A stretch of DNA of 64,000 bases, taken from contig NMRA01000272.1 in assembly GCA_002633005.1 (NCBI GenBank), positions 499,817-563,816 of the forward strand. The letters run 5' to 3'. The DNA is from Phoronis australis (Eukaryota > Animalia > Phoronida). Every line of letters starts with the position of its first letter. Position 1 is the stretch's first letter. The notes below the pieces were generated by a model that saw only the letters and a list, made by a program, of their open reading frames with translations, searched no databases and was not told the origin of the DNA. Of this stretch, positions 22,701-37,700 are shown piece by piece. Both the position numbers and the translations under genes were made by a program.

Positions 22701-25700
22701 ACTTCGACGTTGGCGGTTTTTGTTCCATACAATACACTTTCAATGAAACCTTGTTCAAATCACTCTATTAAATCACTGTGTTTTTTAAGAATATTAAACC
22801 CGTTCCACATAAAATTACTGCGCGTTTTGCATGTCCATTACCAGATATTCTAATGACCCAGTGACCGCAGCCGACTAATCGTTAGTTCTCGAAAAATGTC
22901 TGCCTCCAGAGTTCATCGTGGAACAATCCATGGTTCTTTGACAAGGAATGTTTTAGACCAGAGACAAAAATGATTACACAGCGGGTATCCTCACGTTTAG
23001 ATGAAAGTCGCGAGTAAAATAGTGCGGTATGATGGATACCTTTATATTTACAAACAATACAGTGCATGCCGATAGGTCAGAAATAATCAATTTTTGAAGT
23101 AAATGAATGTCTAAACAAGATTTTAAATCTCAACCTCCTCGTTTCCAAGAAGTAGGCCTACACTGCATCCATAGCTGTCAAGACGTTCCTCATAATATCG
23201 TTAAGGCAGAACCCCTTTACAATCCTTTGGAACAGCACTGGCTGTCCACTATAGAAAGACCGATGAAAACAATGAATCATAAATGAGATGATTTTAAAAT
23301 TTTTGAGGGCCATGATGTATTAGCACTTTGCTAAACATGTATTGTGTCCTCATTAAATAAATTTTAAAATATTCATAATATTCATAATAACGATAACGAA
23401 AACGATAACGAGTAACAGTAGTGATAGTAGTAATAGCAGTAATAGTAGTAATAGTTATAAGAGTAGTATTAGTAATGTAGTACTAATAAAAAATTATGAT
23501 AGGTAGCCAAATTCATGTCGTGTCAGCAAGGAAAGCATTCTATAGAATAGGTATACGAAAAGTTCCGCTCAAAAGGGTGTTCTTTTACAGAAAAAATACT
23601 CTCCAAAATGGTGCCATTTTCGACAAAATGATATCTAAAAGGTGCCGTTCTTGAATTTCTGGAACAAAAGTGTGCGAAAATGTGAATTTTTACGCAAATT
23701 AGTCTCTAAATGGGTCACTTTTTTGTCCGATCCCACTCTCTAAACGGGTACGTATTCAAATTTTGCAGGCGGCACCACTCGTACAAAAATACTTCAGTAC
23801 CCCTGGTAATGTCAGATACCACTTGTTCGTGATTTTGGTAATTTTCCTTGCAATATGACGTGGGTTTCGTAAAATGTAACAATAGTACATTTCTCTCATG
23901 TGTGTTCGACGTGAATTGTAACAACTACGTAAAATGTAACAATGACGTAAAATGTATCTGTTGTTACATTTTACGAAAATTTTACATTTGACGGCGTATC
24001 AGTGCTTTTCGCAAAAAACGTTTGGGCGATGTCGATGTATCAATGACTTGTTGATGGTTGAGATGGGACGGTACCTTAGGATTTCCAGAGAGGCGCCCTT
24101 TATGTTACGAGATGAGATTTTGAGAGTGATTGCCATTTCTTGTTACTATGCCCTTTGTATGTGCACCTTCGACCAAAATTTGTCATTCCAATTGCTGCAA
24201 TGGATGTACCACGTGTTTCCGGTCGAAAGGTATTAATGCCATAACGGATGTAGCCAAGTTCCTAGTCCATACAGGGAAACAGAGACGTACTGTATTAGAT
24301 GATGAATTGTATCTTTTTTCTCGTCTTTGCATTTTGCGTGAAACAACTTACGCGTATGCGTGTTTATAAGAGTTCTACAGTGCTGTGTTGAATAATAGAA
24401 TTTTGGGTTTCTGTGAACAGAACAATATTTTAGTTGACGAGCAAAATGGTTTTCGAAGCCTGTATTGATCACTTATATGTCTTGTCATCAATTATTCAAA
24501 CAGGAAAGTCGTCTAACCTTTCTACATTTGTGACATTTGTGGACATAGAAAAAGCTTTTACTAGACAAACCATGAACTTCTGTTTTATAGATTACGCAAA
24601 ATAATATTAATCGTAGAATGTATGATGCAATTCGTAGGATTTACAGAAGTCCGTTGAACTGTATACGATTAAATGGCACTCTGTATAGTGGTTGGTTCAC
24701 TCTTGAAAATGGTGTCCGTCAGGGGGACATTTTATCACCGACACTCTAACTTTGCATTACATGTATATGTAAATGACTTAGCTCTGGATATTAAAAAAAA
24801 ATGGGTAAACGTGTCCAATGTGGCTCGAACAATATCTCAGTGCTTCTTCATGCCGACGATATGCACTTTTGTCTGAGAATGAAAATGACATGCAAGATAT
24901 GTTGAAGGTTTTAAACAACTGGTGTAAAAAGTGGAGAATGGTTGTAAACATGGCAAAAACTAATGTTGTCCATTTTCGAGCTAAGTCTATGCCTAGAAGC
25001 AATTTTGAATTTGTTTTGAACAGTGTCGCCAGTTATAAATCCTCATACAAATATTTAGGCTGTATTCTGAATCAGCACCTTGACTTCAAAGAAAATTTGA
25101 ATTCGTTATCTGAAGCTTCTGGTAGAGCGTTAGGGAAGATATGCTCAACATTCCGTGATAACAAGAATCTAGGATTCGAAACTTTTAAAACATTATTTAA
25201 TTGGTGTGTGGCACCAATATTAGATTACGGGTCATCTGTCTGGGGTTACAAACATTTTGGTAATGATGAAAATATTCCAATCAGAGCTATGCGTTTTTAT
25301 TTAGGGGTCAAAAAATTTACAGCCACTCATGCTGTTAGTTGCGATATGGGGTGGGACTCCACCGGAAATAGATTTAAATTGAATATTCTGCGTTTTTGGA
25401 ACAAGCTAGTAACCGCAGGTGGTGATAGGATACTGAAGAAGGTATTTCTATGGGACTGCTCTGTTGGTAGAAAGGGTTGGATACACGGAATCAAAAATTT
25501 GTTTGACATAACTGGCATGCAATCCTGTTTTCAAAATTTGACTACTTGTAACATAGTAGACGCTAGAAACTAACTACCGGTATTTGAATACGCGAAACAT
25601 CTTTGGGCTGAGTCTGATGTAACGAAACCCAAGTTAAGAACCTACTTTTTATTTAAACAGGAATTTTTAACTGAACCTTATGTAAAGATTAATTTATCTC

Positions 25701-28700
25701 GTTCCGAGCGATCTGTTCTGGCTCAGCTTAGAGCAGGAAATCTCCCATTGCACTTGGAAACTGGTCGTTATGTAAACACTCCTGTAAGTGAAAGACTTTG
25801 CTTTTGTTGTGATTCTGGTTCTGTGGAGGATGAGCTACATTTTGCGTTTGATTGTTCTCTTTATAACTCACTTCAGTATTTCCTTAGGCAATTTGCCAAA
25901 TATATCAAGTCTGCTTTTGAACTCAGAAATCGACGCATTTATGGTAGGCTTACATCTCAGTTGTGTGGTTAAAGTCCTTCTCTCACGCGTTGTTAACCCT
26001 TATTACATGATTAGAGGATGTTATAAGGATCCAAGAAGTACTTACCCCACAACTAATACACAATCCGTACTCGAAAAAAGTTTAAATGAACGCGCCACTC
26101 ACGATTCGCACCCGACGAACCACCGCCATTTTGAACTTGCCGCGAACGCGGAAGTACAATTCATTCAGGAACCCAGGCCGAGAAAACGCCGTCAGTGCGA
26201 CTGGAGCAGTGCCTGTACTGTTACCAGCCAGGAAACGAGGATAAAATAACCGACAGCGCGCCTTAATTTTAATAAAATCAAACTACGGACAATTATATCG
26301 AATTTGCTGAAGAAATGTCGCGAATAAATTTTGGCAGAAATTATTTTGCCAGACTCGGGACTGCAGCCTATCGGACCCGGTGCGGATCGAGACCAGACAC
26401 TGGCGAACGGTAAATGCATGCGGTTGCAAGCTGTTTTGTCGAAGTAAAATGGTCAAATCGTTATTGCCGGGTTCCGCTTCCTCGGATGGGCGAAGTCACC
26501 ATTCCCGTGCTGCCATTATGGCGTTTTAACAATGCCCATCTTGCAGAGTCTTAGTTAGTTTTATCTATTGACGTCATAATAAATGACAATATTCGCAATC
26601 CTCCTCTTGTTTTACTCTGCAACATAGCTCGTGGCGTACCCCGGGCAAAATAGATTACGATAAATTAAATTTAACTTGTTAAATGCATTTATCGTCATTA
26701 TTTTGACACTTGTCTCTTTATTTTGATACCAGTCCTTAGGGTTTATTTTGCATTACTCATCTCTATTTATAGCCTCAAGGGCCTACTTTTGTATTCATAC
26801 GTTTCTCTACACGACTCCTGATTGGTCGCCCATATTTCCTTTGTTCTGTTCAACGTGGTCTCTCATTCAGCCACCTACCTCGTCGTCTACAAGACCTACG
26901 TTTGTTCTCTTCATTTTTTCCCCACCCCCTATCCCGGGTGTCGGTTCCACTTTCTCTTTGCTCATATACATTTCCTGTTAGGTTTTTTCAAGTTTTGTGT
27001 TCATTTTCAGTACTTCTCCTTTAAGCCCTTCAGGCAGTTCTTTTGTTTTGTTCCCTCTTTCAGGGCTAATCATTGTAAACGCCGGTGGGCGTTTTGTCCA
27101 TGTCCATCTTGCAGAGTCTTAGTTAGTTTTATCTATTGACGTCATAATAAATGACAATATTCGTAATCCTCCTCTTGTTTTACTCTGCAACATAGCTCGT
27201 GGCGTACCGCGGGCAAAATAGATTACGATAAATGCTGCATATATTCAAGCGTAGTTTCAGAAACTTGCATGAAATTACGAACACAAAAACACGAAAATTG
27301 AACAAAGTTTCTTTTTTGTAGCAACGTTTGACAAATTACAAAGTAGCCGATTGAACATGCCTTTCAGTTCAGCAAAAATCGCCATGTTGTCGGTGCCGCC
27401 AGAAATGAGACGAAGTCCAACGGGAATTGTGAGCACATATATCACTTAATGAGTAACAACTACGAGGCTGAAATTTGGTGAACACTGTTAAATCGTGTAG
27501 AATAGTAAGTAAAGATATGTCTAACTAAATTTCACCGTGATTTGTTGGCGAAAACAAATTACACAAAGTTTTAAACTCGTAACTTATCCCGCTGTCCTCC
27601 AATATGGCCGACGCGATCCAAACAAAGTGACCCCAAAATTTCGCAACAAAACTTGCAATAACTTTACACTGCTTGCCCCGATTTTGATACTTTTTCAATT
27701 TTTACTGAGTAGAATGTACTACCTTTCCGATGATAGCAAAGTACTTTTTCAAAACGAGAAAAAAACAAAACCGAAAAAAATTGGTTCGACCCATATTGGT
27801 TCCTAGGTTCGACCGGCCTACGTAAGGAACTAAACACCAATGCTATTTTAACATACTAAGTACGCGTAACTCTCCAAAAAAGTCAACGACCACTAACTAT
27901 AAACAATAAATACACTACATATGCAAACGAACCACGAGGTATTACTAATAAAACAAAATAATGAAGACTATTCGAGCAAGCAATAGCACATTCAGTTACA
28001 AGGAAAAAATGGCGGCATTCAGGACAAGTTCCTGAACTGATGAGCCGGAAATGTGGGTACGGAAATAACCGATGACAGCCGGTAATTATACGCTCACAGA
28101 GAAGGGTCAAATACAGTTAAAAAATCGCTTTTGGCAAGAAAGGCGAAACGAATATAAAGAAAGGGTGCCGAAAATAAGAATTTATGTAGTAAGTATTTTC
28201 GGATACTGGAACCACATGGGCAGTTTGAGAGAAGAACTTTAAAGTGACTAATAAGCTCAACTGGGCTGAGTACTTATCTTTCTTTCGAATTTTGAACCTA
28301 TAATTGTTTGACTTAATTTTAGTTGTCACCATAATAAATAAGCACTACTACTGCTGGTGGTGCTGCTGCTGGTGGTGCTGCTGGTGGTGCTGCTGGTGTT
28401 GCTGCTGCTGCTACTACTGCTACTGCTGCCACTTCTCCTACTGCTTCTACTGATGCTGCTGCTACTACTACTGTATAGTGTGATTGTTTCTTTAAAAGGG
28501 TGGTTGGCTTAATTACACAAAAAATCACTTGCTTATTGAGAAGAAGTTCCTAATCTACGATTAAGTGACTTAAAGTAAATAACTGTGACAAAATAACAAA
28601 CAAATGAAAGCGCTCTCAGGGCAGAAATTTTGAGAAATCTTCTGGAAAACAAAGACAGTCAGACCGCTGACGATAACTGCAATGACACCAACGACGATGC

Positions 28701-31700
28701 AGAAGACATTCCTGACAACAATTGTAACAACACCGAAATAGGCGCCAGAACTTGAACATCGAGAGCGACATCGACGAATACGACAAAACTGACAGCAAAG
28801 CTGATGCACTGGCAACGATCAAGATGCTGCAAGTATTTACGGGGCAAGTGAGGAAGTATTGAGCATCACTATTAGTTACACCACAGATACTCTTACTAAA
28901 AAGTTGGAAAATTGTGAGGGAGCTTTTGCGTGTTGAAGTACAACACCGCTCTCGTGGTTATCACGAATCCATTTTCAGGTGACCAACGTACTTTAGTGGT
29001 AGGAAAAAGAAATAAGTTATCTTATGTTCCAGCGGTAAATTATTCCACAAATGCAATCCTGCAAATAATTGATTTTTAAACGATCGAGGGTAATTACGGA
29101 GAATTATACATTCTAATAATGGCTACGTTCGAAAAACTATTGATCCCATGAATAACTTTATGTAAATAAAAATCAGTGCTGTTTTCTCAACAGTTAAATC
29201 AAGAATTTCCAAGACTGTAATTCTACTAAAACCCGTGATTCAAGAACAGCTTGGTACTGAAGTCTTTCAAGTTTACAAAGTGAAGTCAAATTTGCGGTAC
29301 AATAGATAGTCCATGTACATTCACATAAAAATGAGATAACTTAAAATAGTTGTAGATCATTTTGAAATGGCAAATGGAAATACGATTAGAAAGTGTTCTG
29401 AATGATTTGAACTGTTTTTGAATTTGTATAATTACATGTATCAGCACAAAATGATGATATTCACAATGATTTGGGGATCAAGTAGAACACCCAGGTGCTT
29501 AACTGACACAGTTTAATTAAGGAACGATAGCATCATTCAAGTACAGTCTAGAAAGTGTGTCGATATTGTGTGAAGCTTTTAACGAGACCCTTTTGTCTTT
29601 TGGATAAGGAAAGAAAATAGACGTATCGTCAGTATACAAAAATGTTTCAGAATACAGACTGTCGGGTAGGTCATTATTAAATATTAGAAAAAGCAACGAC
29701 CCCAGTGCACTGCCTTTTGGAACACCAGCTTTAACATACGCAATTGGCGATTCATCAGAAACAACACCATCACACTCAATGAATAGGTTCTATTTAAAAG
29801 ATATGACTGAATTAAACCGTGCATAGTTACAAAGAAGATCACGAGGAACCGACTCAAACGCAGAATCCAAATCCAGTAAAAACACTACGAACCTTGTTAT
29901 TCTCACGAAATTAAGTGATCATCGTGGTAGTTTTGCATGCAGCACAAATAAGTTAATAAAACGGGAGTATAGCACGGTAATGGGACGATAATAGGTTACT
30001 ACAGTCGTAAAGTCCTTTTCATGCACATGAATCAATAATCCACATTTCGATCTCGTTGGAAGGACACCAGAATGAATTGGTTACTGGAATATTTAACATT
30101 GGTCGTACCTATCGTACCCAAAATTCATTACCTTGGCCTAAAATGACAGAAGCTGTTGCTGACAACAAAAGAAATGTCAAATGTGTCGTCAGTTATCCTT
30201 CTTATTGTGAACGTTCGCAAAGAAGTTTTATGCCATTGAGATTTTAATCTCAAAGGTTGGTTTGGATAACACTGGTCAAAACAAACGTATTTGTGATCAT
30301 AGTGCTCGAAGACGCCTTCATCTGTCCAAAATGAATTTTGATACCACTCAATTTTATTAAAACGTGTCCCCAGACAACCCCTTTCAATATTAGTATTGAA
30401 TATATTCAAAAAGCAAATATACTACACTTCATTTGTTTAAACCTCAACATTATTTTTCCGAACACATGTAAACAAACTGATAAATACTGTCACGCATGTT
30501 TTGCATGGTGCATGCCCTTTCTTTACCAAGTTTAAGGTCAACAACTTTTAAACTTGGGATAAACCGTTTTAGGTGTACTAAAAGTAGACTAGTCACGAAT
30601 TTTTTTTACTCTGGTTCCTGCAATAGATGTATAATCCACATTTTCCTAGGCACCTGAAATTGGATTCCAAATCTGTGATTGGGTAATGTATTGTTTACAG
30701 GGGCCTCGAGATGGCGGCAATCGCAATGATGTTGGATTATAAACATCCTCTTTGAGCTAGCAAGCTAATTTTGTTCTCCATACCATGTAAATTTCCATCG
30801 AAATGAGGCGGTTAACTATGGGAAGAGTTGAACACCAATTTGACCAAGTTGTCAGTTATAGCACAAGGTACAGCAGCGCTGAACGCTTACCTTGATGACT
30901 CCGTCGTTTTTGTCGTCGTTTAGGGCGTACCAATAATGATGAGCCAGGTTGAATTGCGGAACACGGATGCTTGTACCATCTGGTCGTACATCTAAAAGCA
31001 AAACAACTTCATAAAATTGGAACGCTCGTGGTTCTCACATCCTTTTAAACGAGCGTTCTCACTTATGCTTCATTAATTCCTGGTGCCGAAGAAGCAATGA
31101 CAAGTGTGGAAGGCAGTATTTGACTTACATGCACTGATCTTTGAATTCAGCCTAACTTCCTCGACTATAATACGACTGTAACCGTTCCAGCCTTGGTAAG
31201 GTCTATAGCTGCTGTATCCACTGCACGTTTGGTGCCACAGCTGGATTTTCACGTTTCCAGCGGGTATGCCGTAACAGATTCCACCAACTGAAATACGATT
31301 TAACCGGTCAGAATTGCTGGTTCGTGATAACGCCATGTAGTTATAGTACCCTGGGGTGACTTACATATAACCGAAGTTCCCAAAGTTTAATGACGTCTTT
31401 AAGTCATAAGGACGTCCATGAACATTAACGGCCGTGACATGAAACATTCCAGTTTTTACTTCAAAAGAGAACTCAGATGATGAACACACAAGGAAAGTCC
31501 TTGAATTGTCTCTCTAAAAATAAATCATGTAGTGAGGCGAAGTCCAATAGAATGTTACTGTTGACATTACTAAAGACTTCACAACCAATAACCAATTGTT
31601 TGACGACATTGAAATACTCGTTGTGTAACGCTCATTGACAATAAAACCATCAGAAGTACAAATACTACAGCTGGTTAAGAACCTCGTTAGGTACCAAAAC

Positions 31701-34700
31701 TTTCTTCGGTCATTGGGAACCTTTTCAAGAAATTTGTCTAGTGATTTTTTGAATTAAAGGGGTTGTAAATCCCTCTTCTCTCTCTCCACCAAGTTTTTGA
31801 TTTACACCACTTAGCTCAAATAATTGATCTTATAGAGGCATAGAACGCGAAAGCTCGTCAAAAATATCTTTTAAACAATTCCTGACGAAAGTATTCTAGT
31901 ACAAACGAATTCACTTTTCCCTATGAGGAAATTTCCAGAAAAAATCACACACGTATTTGAAAACGCGCTAAGGAAAAACTCTGTGGTTACCACACAGTTT
32001 TTAATCCCCCTCCCACTTACGACTGACAAATGTGCACATGAGCTCACGGCCAGTTGCTTGAAGTCGCTTACGGCCAAAGGTCACATTTTTCATATAAGTG
32101 AAATGTTCTACGTCTATGTCTTGCAATACCAAATACGGAAACGTGTTTTGCTTTGTGGGAAGAAAATCGACGAAGTGACGAGCAGTTGACAGTTCGTTTC
32201 TTGAAATTTGAAACTAAAAGAAAATACTTTGATTTCAACAGAAATTAAAAATATTTAGGAGCAAACTCTTAAAATACCCGGTGAACATGTTGAATTCTGT
32301 TTCAGTAGCAGCAGACAACCACTTTAAATATTGTAATTTAGACTGTTTATCGAGTTCCAAGCCTCTTTAAAATTTCCTTAGTTATATTGGAGATGTTATT
32401 TAGGGCTTCGAAAGGACTAAGAGATTCTTATGACTTGAGATTGGGTTACGTAAGTTCGCTTGTAACGGCGTGTCATTTTATGGGCGTGGTCTCGGCGAAA
32501 AACTTACTGGCAATTCTTTGCAAACCCAAAAACAATTCTCACCTGAGCAAGAAACGAGCCGATTCAAGTTACCGGTCTAAATAAAAATTTCGATTCCTTG
32601 GGGTAACGCGGGAGCTCATAACCACTTTAACGACTGGGTTGTTTCAAAAATATAACTTTAAATATTGGCAACATCCATAGGCGGATTTATGGGGGGGGGG
32701 CCCAGGGGGCCCGCCCCCNNNNNNNNNNNNNNNNNNNNNNNNNNNNNNNNNNNNNNNNNNNNNNNNNNNNNNNNNNNNNNNNNNNNNNNNNNNNNNNNNN
32801 NNNNNNNNNNNNNNGGGGGCTCAAATCCAATTTCAAGTGTCAAATTCGGAACACGGCGCATTCGTAACGGAACTATGGCTAAGTATAGGCTCTCCCGCGA
32901 TATCCCAGGCGACCGGCAGTGGCGCTGCGCACTACGACTCAGTTTCCGTCGTCTGCTCCACTGTGCAATGAAGAAAATTTACTTCATTTTTTAAAGAAAA
33001 TGGAACCTGAGTGACGATGAAAAATCAGAAGCTGGTGGTAAGATGGGAATTTTAATCGAAGCCTTAGAAACTCGCAAACCATATGTTAAGACGATTTCCA
33101 AAGCAATCCCGTCATTATTGCCAACACGAAAAACGGATTTGGTCTTTTGGGCATTTTAAGACTATTTCAAATACGACAAATTTGTTAAGAATCGATGGCA
33201 CTAAACGTGTAATAAGCATTACAAAAAGAAGTAGGTTTCGCGCGCAAACGCTGTGGACCATAAACAAGTAGGTCTCTTAGTATGCCATTAGTAGTTAAAT
33301 CGTGGTAGTGTAGTGGTAACGCACGCGCGCTCTATGTGCAAGGTCGTGAGTTCGAGTCTTTGTTGCTTGCAGTTTTTCCTGTTTGACACGTTCTCCGTGT
33401 TTTTTTTGTCTTTTTTTTGGATAATCAAGAAAAATACTTGATTTTTAGAGGTAAAAACAGAAAAATTTCCTGGGCGGGAGGGGGGTTTGCCCCCTCCCGA
33501 CCTCCCCCCATTCGGTGCTATGCGCATCTATCGTGGTTCAGTTTGTGCAAATGTTTACAGCCGGACAAAATGTTGGGCCCCCCCTTGCGATATCCTAGAT
33601 CCGCCACTGACATCAGCAAAAGTAAACTGGCGCGTGAAGTGGCGATGATATTGTTATTATCAATAATAAAAAAATCAGGCTGAGTTCACAGGTACACTGA
33701 ACAGTTCATGTAGTTTGAATCAGACATACACGAAACCTTAGACAATGTAAAGACCTGGAAGCAGTAGTGAAACAAAACAAAGTAACTAGACCGACTCACT
33801 CATGGTTGTGAGTTACTTTACCGACAAGCCTGTGCGTTTAGCCAAATAAAGTGTATACACAAAACTAATCAACTGTTACTTCTAATGACTTCAAACTCGA
33901 GCAAATACAATGCAGATTTACCATTGTATACAAATAAAAATGACGACGTCAATTGCTTAAAGTATGATCAGTTTCTTTCCGTAGTACACCACCGCTGCCG
34001 CTAGTAGTCGCCTTAAACGTGGCAACAGCAAGAACAACGTCACAGTATAACTCAACACTGTGTAAGTAAATGAAGAACATCAAGAGCAACCCGTAATACT
34101 GTAATAAAGGAAAACGTTACTTTCGCGTTTTTCGTCAATTGTTAAAGGTAACATGGGCGGCGCACCATAGGGGCTGGGGTGGGGGGTATTGCCCACACTT
34201 TTTTTCAGTGCTGCGCCGCCTGAGGGTAAAAGGAAAGTTGTGACGTAGACTGAACAGAAATTGTTAAGGCATGTTAGCCCGGCCATTTCATGATTAGGCA
34301 GGTAAAAGGAGAAACACCTCGTGTTATATTTTACAATGAAATTCTTACTAGGAGCGTCTCTTAGTTGGTTTCCTTTATCGTCTGAGTAGTCAAGTTGTCC
34401 TAAGACAGCGTCTACTTTCCCGGGATTTGAACACTCCACGTCGTTAAATTTGAAATAGTATCTCCCACATCTATGTGTTCCTGAAGTAGGATGCTCTTGT
34501 AGCTGACCGCGCCAAACCACACGGAGTCCAGTTGATGAAATTCGTTTTGGAAATGTTATTACCTAAATATATGTATAAAACATGTATAAGAAAACACTTG
34601 ACCATTCCCGCGTTGCTTATCATTCTGTTGGTAATAAACTTCCATTCGCTAGTAAAAGCCTACTTGCAATTAGATGACGCTAATTAGTTACAAGAGCAAA

Positions 34701-37700
34701 TGTGGGCGTTGACTTGCGCCGTGTGCATTTCACACAGCACATAATCAGGGTGTTCGTTGCAAGTAAACTTAGAGTAGCTTCCAAAGTATGTACAGCGGGA
34801 ATCTACTCATTAATCAAAACATATCATTCCACGAATGTTAACCTAAAAATTTTGTAGATAGCAAAATAAACGTCAAAGACTTGGAATTGTCACTGTGACG
34901 AGACACGCGCAGCACTAGTAATATTTTTTGAAAATTATGGGATGTCAAAGAAACCACCGTGTTCAATATCATGAATATTACTCAAATGAGAAAGCTAAGT
35001 TCTGTATAACTAAAATTGCATATGCATAATTGACAAAAATGCTGGTACAGAAGTTTTCAAAATGAACTAGACAGACTTCGTTAAAACCCTGCCAGGCTCT
35101 TCTTACCAGAAATATTTGGCAGCTCAGCCGAACTTTTGTCGACATAAAATAGTGTTTCGCCAGAATTTAATGTTACGCTATTGTGCCTACTGGCTAACTG
35201 TTTATTAATCACGAATGTATTCGCGCAGTAGGTTGTCGCGGCGACAACGTGCGTGGAGCAACATCTGTCGAGATTAGTCGAAACTTAGTCCAGTCGATAT
35301 TTAGTCGTCGTTTAGTGCGCGGAAACTTTGCTTCGGAACCAATTGTACATTACCTTTTTATGGCAATATTAAAATCAAAATTTTAAAAATTGAACACATG
35401 TAGTTTTCAACATTTTCAACAAATAAACGCATTTAAAATTGTCACAAATAGAAACAATATAAGGTATGCAAACAATTGGTAGATTCTTTCCGACATTATA
35501 CTCCTGGAGGTGTCACGTTTTATCTCTGTCTTCTCATTCTTTCTCTATTTATCATCCAGAGAGTCGCTCAACAAAAATTTGCGCATAACTAAAACGATCA
35601 TTAAGAGGTGTTAGGGTAATAGAATTTCTCCAAAAATCCACTGGTGCCGCACGCTCGTTATATGCATCTGTTAAGTATTAACCAAAACCATCAACCATGT
35701 CTCTACATACATGTATCATTCGGAAACACGTTTGGCAAATGAACACTGGAAGAAGCTAACATATTCAAATATGTTTGGAAATCGTCATATACCGGAGTTC
35801 AGCTTTATTAAATCTGTTACCATAATCAACGGATATTTTGAAAAACTTGTCAATGGTGGTCAATAGGGTGTGCTGTAGTCAAATCTATCGGAATTTGACT
35901 GTTCCAGGTACATCCACTTTAACTGACTACTCCAAATACATCCCAAGTGTAAAGTTTCACGATGATCTGGTAATCAGTTTTCTAGATATCACACAGAATC
36001 GCTGATGGTAAAGAATAAATTCTCGATCACACCAGAAAAATAACTAGTGCTTGTGCAATTTTCACGCATGCTCATCAATAGCTCATCTAGAAACCATCCA
36101 GAAACACTTTTGACATAAGTATCCAATGGGAATTTAAAATGAACTACATGGATAGTCAACTCATGCCGAAAATAGTGACAGTACACTTCTTCCTCATACA
36201 CCTGTCGTAAAGAGGTCGTCACTCTGTCTGTCAGGGGCTAAATGTCGCAAATGTTGTTCCAATAACATTATGAAAACGTACAACATGATAAAACAACACT
36301 TTACATGACAAAACGAAAATATAGTTTACTGGAACATATTTGCACGATACTTCAGCCACCGTCTGAAACTCCTTTAAATTGAGTTAACGTCACGCTTCAT
36401 TTGAGAGCCACCTAACTCCGTAATACTTACTGCAAATCCAACTCCTGCGTTACTAACGGCTGCTTCTGTTCGCCAGAAGGCCTGTTTGACGTTAAAGGAT
36501 GTCAAGGCGGAACACGTGGTCTTTTCTATTAAAAAAAAGATTAATGGCAGATTGAGGGGTCCCGGCACCTCTATACCAACAACAAGAATGTTGAAAACGT
36601 CATTTATTACGTTGCGACAAATAGTTAGCGGATACTTTTGAGTGCGTGTATTAGGGTGGGGAAGGGGTGGGGGTTTGCATAACTTAGAAGGGACAACTGT
36701 TTTCGCATATATTCAAATGAGATTTTAAAACGAATTGTTCAAGATTTGAAACATAAAGTTGAAGTTTTAACATGAAAAATGACACCTGTCCAGCTCGATC
36801 CCCGAACACTGAAATGTGACATGTTTTAAATATATAAAGACATCTCTTCCCAAGCAAAATTCTGGGCATACATGTAAATTTTTTGAATTGAGACCCAAAA
36901 CTGATGTTCTTCGAAGTTGGTCATTCAACACGCCCATTCCGGTCTTATCGGAAAGTGGCATTTTAATAATAAATTGCAACTTCTGAATACATTTCGGGCA
37001 TACCAGAGTAGTGTCCTAATAATATTACCTTTCAAAATATACAAGATGACGCTGATTTTGGAAACTCTAGGTAACTTACTTTTCGATTTGCAAATGGAAC
37101 TACATTTGGTTACAGCGACATCTACATCTCAGCGACAAACCCAGGTTAAATTCAATAGCACTTCTGCAATTACTTTCGGAAAGACAACAAAAATCGTTTA
37201 GCTAGTTGACGCTTCATGGAATACATTGTATACTACGTTCATACATGTATTAATGCCGAAAACAGCAGTTTTACTGGCTGAAACGCTAGCGAAAATGCCA
37301 GACAGACGAGCTCTCTCCGCAATGGGGCGATTTCCCCACCACCCGAGTTGCTTCTAAGTGACAATTGATGTTAATACACGTTTATTATCTGCCATAAATT
37401 GGTTGGTGTGACGTTATCACAAAAGCCTCTTATCCTTACACTTGTGTGTCCTTTGAAGTGGCGGTCTGACAACTGCCAGCGAAAACACCAGCCCTTTTGG
37501 GGAACTCAAACCTGCAGTAAAGCGTCGGCAAAAGTGACCCTCGCAACCATTCACATTATTGGCGTTATTGCTGGTAGCGAACATGCTAACAAAAACCGTG
37601 CCGTTTTAGCCAGACTGTGAAAGAGGTATTGAAAACTTGGCCCTCCGTTGCAAAGTGTTTATATGGATAACTGTGTGATTGATGTGGTTAAAACCACCAA

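Noticed and set aside
28036-28075. CTGATGA...GAAA hammerhead-like core; others at about 6580 and 10889
   Set aside because: I could not build stems I-III or the closing G-C pair of stem II.
28319-28528. Ala/Pro/Val-rich ORF
   Set aside because: It is the translation of a trinucleotide microsatellite.
32658-32994. ORFs spanning the N run
   Set aside because: Artefact of the assembly gap.
33300-33365. Functional tRNA gene
   Set aside because: A and B boxes are present but no complete cloverleaf; treated as SINE-derived.
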